NCBI GenBank assembly: GCA_046349275.1
Contig: JAXMCN010000019.1
Location: 31,053 to 95,052, forward strand
Source of the DNA: Reyranellaceae bacterium
Lineage (GTDB): Bacteria > Pseudomonadota > Alphaproteobacteria > Reyranellales > Reyranellaceae
Length of the DNA: 64,000 bases
Reading direction: 5' to 3'
Numbering within the stretch: the first letter of the stretch is position 1; each line of letters starts with the position of its first letter. The position numbers were made by a program, and so were the translations under genes. Below the pieces are notes generated by a model that made no database searches, was not told where the DNA came from, and saw only the letters and a program-made list of their open reading frames with translations. Shown here one piece after another: positions 20,115 to 28,300 of the stretch.

Positions 20115-21349
20115 GACACTCTCCCGGCGAAGCGCGGCGCCGGCTGCTCGTGCACCACCTGGCCGTCCTTGACGACGGCGAGGCAGGGTGCGCCGCCGAT
20201 CGGATAGGCGATGCCGCGCGGATCGGCGGTGTCCCACACCGCGAGATCGGCGGCGCGGCCGACGGCGATCAGCCCGGCGCGGTCGGCCAGGCCCAGGGCC
20301 TTCGCGCCGTTGACGGTGAAGCCGCGCAACGCCTCCTCCGCCGTGAGGCGGAACAGGTAGCAGGCGAGATGCATCTGCGCCGCCGGCGACACGGTGGGCG
20401 AGCTCACCGGATTGCAGTTGGTGGCCAGCGCCATTGGCACGCCGAGCTCGCGGAAGGTCTCGATCGGCGGCTTGCGGGTCTCGTGCAGGGTGAAATGTGC
20501 GCCGGGCAGCAGGGTGGCGACGGTGCCGGCCTCGGCCATCGCCTGCACGGTGGCCAGCGAGGCGAACTCGAGATGATCGGCCGACAGGCCGCGATGACGG
20601 GCGACCACCGCGCCGGCGCCGAAGTCGGTGTACTGGTCGGCGTGCAGCTTGACGCCGAGCCCGTGCGCCTGCGCCACCGCGAACAGCCGGTCCATCTGGG
20701 CGTGCGTGAAGCCGACCTTGTCGCAGAAGCCGTCGACCTGATCGACCAGACCCTGGCGCACCGCCTCCGGCAGCACCGTGCGGCACATGAAGTCGACATA
20801 GTCGTCGCGCCGCCCGGCGTATTCCGGCGCGAGACCGTGCGCGCCCAGGAAGGTCGAGACGACGGTCACCGGCAGCTCGCGCGCCAGCTGCCGCGAGATC
20901 CGCATCAGCCTGAGTTCGGTGTCGAGGTCGAGGCCGGCGCCCGACTTGCTCTCGACCGTGGTCACGCCGTTGGCGATCAGCCGCGACAGCCGCGCCCGGC
21001 TGGCCGCCAGGATCTCCTCCTCGCCGAGCGCGCGGGTGCGCTTCACCATGTTGCCGACGCCGCCGCCGCGCGGTTCCAGATCCCAGCGCTGGCCGCCCTT
21101 CGACAGCACCTCGAAATCGACCAGCCCTTCGTCGCCGTAGACGAGATGGGTGTGCGGATCGACCAGGCCGGGAGTCACCACCTTTCCGCCGAGGTCGCGC
21201 GTCGCGGTCGCCGGCGGCGCGGCGGCGGCCGGCCCCAGCCAGGCGATCTTGCCGCCGGCGATGCCGATCGCGCCGTCGGGCAGCAGGCCGAACGGCGCAC
21301 CGTCGGCCATGGTGGCAACCTGGGCGGTGGTCAGGAGAAGATCGAGCAT
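20111..21349 (-). CDS. Imidazolonepropionase (HutI)-like amidohydrolase, divergent
   Basis: PGLVDPHTHLV, GVTTVESKSG, TFLGAH, KLHADQ, SADHLE, ATLLPGA; several canonical residues changed (see findings). Confidence 0.8.
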   Translation of the reverse strand: MLDLLLTTAQVATMADGAPFGLLPDGAIGIAGGKIAWLGPAAAAPPATATRDLGGKVVTPGLVDPHTHLVYGDEGLVDFEVLSKGGQRWDLEPRGGGVGNMVKRTRALGEEEILAASRARLSRLIANGVTTVESKSGAGLDLDTELRLMRISRQLARELPVTVVSTFLGAHGLAPEYAGRRDDYVDFMCRTVLPEAVRQGLVDQVDGFCDKVGFTHAQMDRLFAVAQAHGLGVKLHADQYTDFGAGAVVARHRGLSADHLEFASLATVQAMAEAGTVATLLPGAHFTLHETRKPPIETFRELGVPMALATNCNPVSSPTVSPAAQMHLACYLFRLTAEEALRGFTVNGAKALGLADRAGLIAVGRAADLAVWDTADPRGIAYPIGGAPCLAVVKDGQVVHEQPAPRFAGRVS

Positions 21350-21374
21350 GGCGGCGACGATAGCGCAGCGCCGC

Positions 21375-22085
21375 TCAGTCGTCGCCCGCCCACTGGACGC
21401 GCGAGCGGATCTCGTAGCGGTCGGCGGGGCCGGGCCGCCGCGGCTGTGCGTCGTTCGCGCCGGCCAGGTAGTCGGCCGGCCGCCAGGCACCGAAGGCAGC
21501 CGATCGCTCCGGCGTCAGGCCGAGCGACAGGATGAACAGGACGTCCGTGCGATCGGGCAGGCGCAGCACCAGGGTACGATCCCAGACGCGATAGTAGAGC
21601 TCGACGCTGCCGCGCATCACCGGACGGTCGCCCTCGCGCGTCGTATCCTGCAGGTCCGCCGGCATGCTGTTCTTGCTGGTCTGCAGCTCGACTTCGGCGC
21701 CCTTCGTGGCGGCGCCGGGCGGCAGGCGGATCTCGAACACGAGCCGGGGCGCCGGACCGTTGGCGTTGACGATCGGACGGAGCATCCAGAAGGCGGCGAC
21801 GACGGCCGCAGCCAGCCCGGCGACTCCGCCGATCGCCGCGAGCAGTCGCGGCAGCATCGCGCCGAGCCCGCGAAACCCGGCCCGGCGGAGCACCAGCCAT
21901 GGACCGACGACCAGGCCGATCAGCCCGCCGATCGGCCCGCCCACGAACACTGCGAAGTAGCCGGCGGCCCCTTCAAATGACGAGATGCCGAGCATCGGCG
22001 CCAGCGCGGCGGCCACGGCTGCGCCCGCGAGGAACCCCACGCCGCCGCCGACCAGCGCCAGCAGCAGGGCCAACAGCAAGGTCAT
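21375..22085 (-). CDS. Hypothetical membrane protein (about 3 N-terminal TMs + soluble domain)
   Basis: Hydrophobic N-terminus with SSFEGAAGY loop; 7 bp downstream of gluconolactonase. Confidence 0.65.
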   Translation of the reverse strand: MTLLLALLLALVGGGVGFLAGAAVAAALAPMLGISSFEGAAGYFAVFVGGPIGGLIGLVVGPWLVLRRAGFRGLGAMLPRLLAAIGGVAGLAAAVVAAFWMLRPIVNANGPAPRLVFEIRLPPGAATKGAEVELQTSKNSMPADLQDTTREGDRPVMRGSVELYYRVWDRTLVLRLPDRTDVLFILSLGLTPERSAAFGAWRPADYLAGANDAQPRRPGPADRYEIRSRVQWAGDD

Positions 22086-22092
22086 CCCGCCA

Positions 22093-23034
22093 TCAGCCGC
22101 CGGGGTTGCCCTGGGCCTCGACGTAGAGCGCGTAGACCGACTGGCTGGCGGTCATGAACAGGCGGTTGCGCTTGCGGCCGCCGAAGCACAGGTTGGCGCA
22201 GCGCTCGGGCAGCAGGATGCGGCCGATCAGGGTGCCGTCCGGCGCGAACACGGCGACGCCGTCATGCTCCGGCCCGCCCGAGAAGCCGGCCCAGACATTG
22301 CCCTCGGTGTCGACCCGGATGCCGTCGGCGAAGCCGGCGCCGTCGAAGAACATCCGTCCGTTGACCGCCTTGCCGTCGACGACGTCGTAGACGCGCGTCG
22401 ACTTCGGGCCGTCCGGCGTGTCGACGACGTAGAGCTTCTTTTCATCGGGCGAGAAGGCGAGCCCGTTGGGCCGCTCCATGTCGCCGACCGCGATGGTGAG
22501 CGCACCGGTCGCCGGATCGAGGCGATAGACGCGGTAGTCCATCTCCTTGGGTGCCTTGTCGCCGAGATAGTTGCCGCGAATGCCGGCGCCGTTGTCGCTG
22601 AACCAGATCGAGCCGTCGGACTTGACCACGACGTCGTTGGGGCCAGTGAGCCGGGTGCCCTGGAACTCGGAGGCGAGGACGGTCACGGTGCCGTCGTGCT
22701 CGGTGCGCGTGAGCGTCCGGCTGCCCAGCTCGCAGGTGATCAGCCGGCCCTGGCGGTCGCGCGTGTTGCCGTCGGGATAGCCGGCCGGGGTGCGCAGGGT
22801 CGCGACCTGCCCCGTGATCTCGTCCCAGCGCAGCAGCGCGTCGTTGGGAATGTCGGAGAACAACAGATAGCGGCCATCGCCGTAGTAGGCCGGCCCCTCG
22901 GTGAAGCGGAAGCCGGTGGCGATGCGCTCGATCGCGGCCATCTGCACGATCAGACGGCGGAAGCGCGGATCGAGCACGACGATGTCCGGATCGGGATAAC
23001 GGATCGGACCGGACGACTGCCAGCGTGATTGCAT
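22093..23034 (-). CDS. SMP-30/gluconolactonase/LRE family protein
   Basis: FTEGP, LFSDIPND, PNDVVVKSDGSIWFSD, PNGLAFSPDE, ADGIRVD; GGAGGAG RBS. Confidence 0.9.
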   Translation of the reverse strand: MQSRWQSSGPIRYPDPDIVVLDPRFRRLIVQMAAIERIATGFRFTEGPAYYGDGRYLLFSDIPNDALLRWDEITGQVATLRTPAGYPDGNTRDRQGRLITCELGSRTLTRTEHDGTVTVLASEFQGTRLTGPNDVVVKSDGSIWFSDNGAGIRGNYLGDKAPKEMDYRVYRLDPATGALTIAVGDMERPNGLAFSPDEKKLYVVDTPDGPKSTRVYDVVDGKAVNGRMFFDGAGFADGIRVDTEGNVWAGFSGGPEHDGVAVFAPDGTLIGRILLPERCANLCFGGRKRNRLFMTASQSVYALYVEAQGNPGG

Positions 23035-23142
23035 TCGAGACTCCTCCCCCTTGCGCGGCCGACAAGGGACCACGACGGGCCGCGAAATGCAAAAATCGCG
23101 ACGCGAACCACCGTCGGGCTGCCGCGGCCGCCGTGTTGGCTG

Positions 23143-23148
23143 TATAAT
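23143..23148 (+). promoter_or_regulatory. Putative sigma70 -10 box for the 23.2-29.8 kb cassette
   Basis: Perfect TATAAT in a GC-rich background, 65 bp upstream of GTG 23214; no convincing -35. Confidence 0.4.
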
Positions 23149-23213
23149 TGCTTTCGTATGCTCGATGTCCGGCCGCCCCGCGTTGGGGGACAGGGCCGGT
23201 GGAGGTGCGTTCG

Positions 23214-24821
23214 GTGACCCTGGACAGATCGTTCGCCGCCGAGACTCTTTCCGAGCACGAGATCCTGCTGCTTCATCGAATCGACGGGCTCGACCTTGCC
23301 CGCGGTCCTACGACGACCTTGGGGCAGATCGCCGACGGGCCCGGAATTCCCGCCGACCAGAAGGCGGCGCTGGCCGGGCGCTACGCCGCCAGCCCGGTGT
23401 GGAAGCGCGCCGCGACCAGCGAGGCCGGCCAGGATTTTCATCGGCACATTCGCGAGATCGTCGGCGGGCAGCGCGAGGATCTGGCGACGCGCTGGGAGCC
23501 GGACGAGCTGGGCCGTCGCTTTCTCGAGCGGGCCGATCTCTACGATCGCGAGGTCGAGCCGGCGCAGCGCGCCGCCAAGCGGCTGGCTCTGCGCCTGAGC
23601 GCGGCGGCCCGATCCCGCCTCGAGCGGCACGGGATCGCCGTCGGCGACCTGCTGGTGCGGCCGAGCGGCATCGACCTCACCCTGTTCCGGACCGGCCACG
23701 GCTTCGCCGCCACACGCCTCGAGCTGGCGCGCGCCGATGGCCATGCGCTGACCGCCCTGGAGCTGCTCGAGGCCCAGGTCCTGCTGGCGCGCTACGGCAA
23801 GCTCGCCTGGATCGACCCGCGCGGCGCGGAGGGCACGTCCGGCGCGCCCTTCCTGCTCGCCGACCTCGTCCACCGGCTGGTCTGCGGCGAGGACAGGCCG
23901 CGTCATGCGCCGCAGCGGGTGACCACCTACACCTATGCGCGCTTCGCCGGTCCGCTGCCGCCGGCCGCGCGCGACCGCTTCGCGGTCTACCTCGCGCGCC
24001 ACTACACCACCGACTACGCCGTCGCGCCCGACATCGGCAACCTGGCGTTCGTCGCCGACTTCGAGACGGTGCGGCACGCCGTGGCGCTCGAGGGCGCCGC
24101 CACCGTGGTCGGCGCGACCCCCGAGCGGCCCGAGCTGCCCGCCTTCCTGGAGGACTTCCGGACCGTCACCTTCCGGCGGCACTACGTGCCGATCGCCCTG
24201 CTGGCGCGCCACGAGCATGCCTTCCTGGTCGAGCGCACCTCCGCCTCGGTGATCTCGCGCGACGAGATGGAAGACCACGGTCGGGCCGTGCGGCATCTCG
24301 AGGCCCTGCGCGAGTCGGCGCTGCTCTTCCGCCTGTGCTACCGCTTCTCGGAGCTGAGCTACGTCAGCCTGCACAACGCGCTCAACCGAGCCTTCCGCGA
24401 CGTCCTTCACCTCGACCGCATGATGGCGGAGCTGACCTCCGACATCGCCAGCGTCGAACAGCATCTGCGCGAGCTGCGCGACGCCGAGCATCGCCGGCTC
24501 GAGCTCGACAAACACCGGCGCTACTACTGGGCGACGGTGCTGGGCGGCGCCGCGCTCGCCGGCCTCACCGCCTACACGATCGGCAAGGAGCTGGGAGAGC
24601 TGGCGATCCATGTCGTGGCGCAGCTGCGCCACGAGGAGCTGCCGCACGCCGTCGAGCTGATCCCGGGCGCGCTCGGTGTGCTGCTGGCCCTGGGTGTCGC
24701 CGCCAAGGCCATGCAGATCGGCTTCCGGCGCGGACCGCCGATGCACGAGGAGGAGCATGCCGGGCATCTCACGATGCACGGCATGCTCGACCACATGATC
24801 CACGCGGCGATGAAGAAATGA
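23214..24821 (+). CDS. CorA-like membrane protein (large soluble domain, helical stalk, 2 C-terminal TMs, no GMN, His/Met-rich tail)
   Basis: GTG 23214 with GGAGG at 23201-23205; YVPIALLA...FRLCYRFSELS...LDRMMAELTSDI stalk pattern; two TM segments. Confidence 0.6.
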   Translation: MTLDRSFAAETLSEHEILLLHRIDGLDLARGPTTTLGQIADGPGIPADQKAALAGRYAASPVWKRAATSEAGQDFHRHIREIVGGQREDLATRWEPDELGRRFLERADLYDREVEPAQRAAKRLALRLSAAARSRLERHGIAVGDLLVRPSGIDLTLFRTGHGFAATRLELARADGHALTALELLEAQVLLARYGKLAWIDPRGAEGTSGAPFLLADLVHRLVCGEDRPRHAPQRVTTYTYARFAGPLPPAARDRFAVYLARHYTTDYAVAPDIGNLAFVADFETVRHAVALEGAATVVGATPERPELPAFLEDFRTVTFRRHYVPIALLARHEHAFLVERTSASVISRDEMEDHGRAVRHLEALRESALLFRLCYRFSELSYVSLHNALNRAFRDVLHLDRMMAELTSDIASVEQHLRELRDAEHRRLELDKHRRYYWATVLGGAALAGLTAYTIGKELGELAIHVVAQLRHEELPHAVELIPGALGVLLALGVAAKAMQIGFRRGPPMHEEEHAGHLTMHGMLDHMIHAAMKK

Positions 24822-25342
24822 CGCGGCTTCCGGGACGATCCCTCCTGCTCGTGCTCGTGGCGCTGCTCGGCGGACAGGGCGGCGCCCGCGCCGGCGACGA
24901 GAGCTACATGCGCCGCTTCCTGACCGACTGGACGGGCGGCGGCGAGGTCAAGCTCAGCCTCGATGGCTCGCCATGGCGCGTGCGCTGCCATCTGGCGCCG
25001 GCCGGCGACGAGACCAGCGTCACCCTTTCCGGCACCTGCCGGCTGCGCTTCCTGTTCTTCCTGTCCAAGAGCATCGTCGCCAAGCTGCGCTACGAGGCGA
25101 GCTCGGACAGCTACTCGGGAACCTACGTCGTCGACGACGGGCCGCCGGCGCTGCTGTCGGGCAAGCGGCTCGACGACGTGCTGACCCTCAACGTCCGCTG
25201 GCCGTTTCCCGTCAACGACCATCTCGACGCCCTCATCCGCATCGTCAACGACGCGCAGGTCTTCACCCTGACGACGATCGATCCGATCGGCCTCGACGGC
25301 AAGCCGATCGTCACCTCCGACCTGCGCTTCACGCCGCGATGA
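24818..25342 (+). CDS. Hypothetical exported beta-rich protein (174 aa)
   Basis: ATGA overlap with upstream gene; signal peptide MTRLPGRSLLLVLVALLGGQGGARA; WTGGGEV...CxxxxxxxxxxxxxxxxC. Confidence 0.75.
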   Translation: MTRLPGRSLLLVLVALLGGQGGARAGDESYMRRFLTDWTGGGEVKLSLDGSPWRVRCHLAPAGDETSVTLSGTCRLRFLFFLSKSIVAKLRYEASSDSYSGTYVVDDGPPALLSGKRLDDVLTLNVRWPFPVNDHLDALIRIVNDAQVFTLTTIDPIGLDGKPIVTSDLRFTPR

Positions 25343-25375
25343 GCGCGGCGCCTCCCGGCTGCTGAGAGGCGCCGC

Positions 25376-28300
25376 GTGCAGACGCCGGACTATGAGCGCA
25401 CGAGAGCCCTGCTCTCCGCCACCGGCGACCAGCAGGTGCTGCGACTTGTGCGGATCATGGATCCGGTGTTCCGCCGCTCGCGCTTCCGCCCGAGCCCGGA
25501 CAGCGCCGCGCGCGAGGCCGAGATCGTCGGCGCCGCGCGCACCCTGTTCCCGTCGCCGTTCGCGCGCCAGTTCGCGGCCTGGTCGGACGACCTCGTGGCC
25601 GAGCTCGACGAGGGGACGGCGCGGCTCGGCGCCCTGGCCGAAGACGATCCGCAGCGCGCGGCGGCCGAGCGGCGCGCGCGGCTGCGCTTCCGCTCGGCCT
25701 CGCTGCAGATCGAGACCTGCTGGAAGCAGATCGTGCATTTCCTGCCCTTCATCTTCATCGCCGCCCTGCGCCGGGTCGACGACGGCGTTCTGCGCGGCGA
25801 GGTGGCGCGCGAGGTCGCGCGGGCGCTGCGCAACTACAACGCCTTCTACGTGCAGCACAGCCTCGAGCGGCAGAAGGAGGCGATGCAGTACCTGCTGCTC
25901 GCGTCCCTGCTGAAGCTGTTCCGCCAGCTGACCCAGCGCCGCGCCGAGGGGCCCGACTTCCTGTTCGCGCCGCTGATGTCGACCGACCATCCCTCGCTCG
26001 GCGACGTCTTCCCGGAGCGCTTCGACGCCGGGATGCTGTTCCTCCAGGAGATCCGCAACCGGCTGGCGCATGGCGGGCTCGTGGATCGACTGCCGGCGGC
26101 GACCATCGGGCCGGTCGCCGACCTGATCCGCTGGGTGTTCCTCGACCTGATCGCCCTCCTCGGCGCGCCGTGCCGCGCCTTCGGCCTGAACTTCGTGGCC
26201 GCCTCGCGCATCGGAGCGGACGACGTCGAGATGCAGACCCTCGACTTCTCCGGCGTCGACGGCCCGGCCGAGCGGCGCTACCGCGTCGCCCGGGAATGGC
26301 AGCTCGAGGAATATGCGTTCCTGCCCTATCGCATCTATCTCGTGGCCCGCGACAAGGCGGTCGGCGCGGCGCAGGAAGGCGTCCTGGCGCCGCGCGACTA
26401 TCTCGATCTCACGCCGTTCCTGATCGTCGACCGCCTGCGCGCCAGCGGCACCGTGAGCGACGCCGCGCAGCCCGATCGCCAGCAGCTGCTGTTCGTGCTG
26501 CAGCAGTATCTCGAGCCGGTGCGCCAGCTGCTGTTCTCCGATCTCGGGGGCAGCGGCGACCGCCTGCGTCCGGCCGATCCGCGCGACACCGAGGCCGATT
26601 CGCTGCTGCGCCAGATGGGCGACTTCCGCAGCCGCTACCGCGACCTGATCGAGCAGGTCTCGCTGCGCGACCAGACGCGGATCGGCCGCCCCCAGGCGCG
26701 CGCCGCGCTGTGGCGCGTGTCGCGCGATCACCTGTCGACCCTGCTCGACGCCGAGCGCTACGACGAGACGGGCGCGCTGCGGCCGGGAGCGGCCACTGTC
26801 GGGCCCAAGGCGACCTACATCGACGAGCTCTATGTCGAGCCCGCGGAAGGGCGCGCCGTGGACGCCTTCCTGGCCGGCGACCGCCGCGGCCTGCTGCTCG
26901 TAGGCGACTCCGGCTCGGGCAAGTCGAACCTGCTGATCCGCCACTTCCTGCACCGCCTGCAGGGCGGCGAGCTGGCCGTGTTCCTGTCCGGCCGCCGTTT
27001 CGAGACGCCCTCCTTCCCGGCCGGCCTGGCGGCCAAGGTCGCCAGCCGCATCAGCGACGCCTGGACCACGCTCGACGCTCTCGCCGAGTTTCTCGAGGAG
27101 AACGACGAGACCCTGGTCGTGTTCGTCGACGCCCTCAACGAGTACAGCGGACCGCAGGGGCCGCGCGCCCTGCTCGAGAGCCTGATCGCCGAGATCGGCG
27201 CCGACGCGCTGCGCCGCTGCCGCATCGTCGCCAGCCTGCGCAGCGAGACCTGGGCCCAGCTCTGCGCGCAGCTCGGCAAGGAGGCGCCGCTCGATCCGGC
27301 GCTGTTCGCCGCCCCGGACGGACGGCCGGTGCGGCTCGGCCGCTTCGCCGCCGCGGAGGCCCTGTACGCCGCCTACCAGGCCTACTACGGCCTGCAGCCG
27401 CCACGCTTCGACTTGCTGCCGGCGCGCCTGAAGCCGCTGATCGAGCGGCCCTTCATGATGGCGATGGTGGCCGAGGCCTACTCCCACCGCGGCCGCCCCG
27501 ACGACCAAGCCGAGCGCGAGATTCCGGCCGACATCGACTACTTCACGATCTTCGCCCGGCTCACCGAGCGCAAGGCGCAGGATGCGCAGGTGCTGGTGCC
27601 GGCCGGCAACCTCGCCGAGCGCGAGGCCCTGCCCGACGCGATCGACGACTTCAACGCCCTGCTGGCCGAGATGATGTTCGAGCGGCTGTGCAGCGACGAT
27701 CCGCGCCTCGGATCGAGCCGCGACGCGCTGCCGATCGACAGCCTGAACAAGCGCGCCGAGCTCGAGCCGTACGTGCAGAACCGCCATTCGGTGTCGGTGC
27801 TGGAGGCGGTGCTGCAGGTCGGCCTGCTCGAGCGCATCACCGTGCCGCAGCGCAATCGCGACGGCCGCCTGATGGCCAGCGCCGCCTACAAGTTCTTCCA
27901 CGACCAGTACACGCAGTACTGCCTGGCCTCGGCTTATCAGCGCAGCGTTCTCGGCTGGCTCGACGACCAGCGTCTCGCCGATCCGGGCGGCCTCGACCTA
28001 CTGGTCGGCCGCCTGGAGCAGATCGTCGGGCGTGCCGTCGCCGCACCGATCCTGACCGGCGCGCTCGACCACTGGCTGCAGAAGAACCTCGCCAACTTCC
28101 ACGACGGACGGCTCGAGCCGGTGCTGCCCCTGCTCGACCGGCTGGCCGGCCACGGCTCGCCGGCGCTGCGCCACGAGGCGATGTCGCTGGTCGCCACCCT
28201 GGTCGTGCGCGGCGCCTTGCCGGCCGAGCCGGCCTACCGCGCGCTGCAGGGCGCGTCGCCGGCCCTGCGCCTGGCGATGGCCGATTCGTTCATCGCCTTC

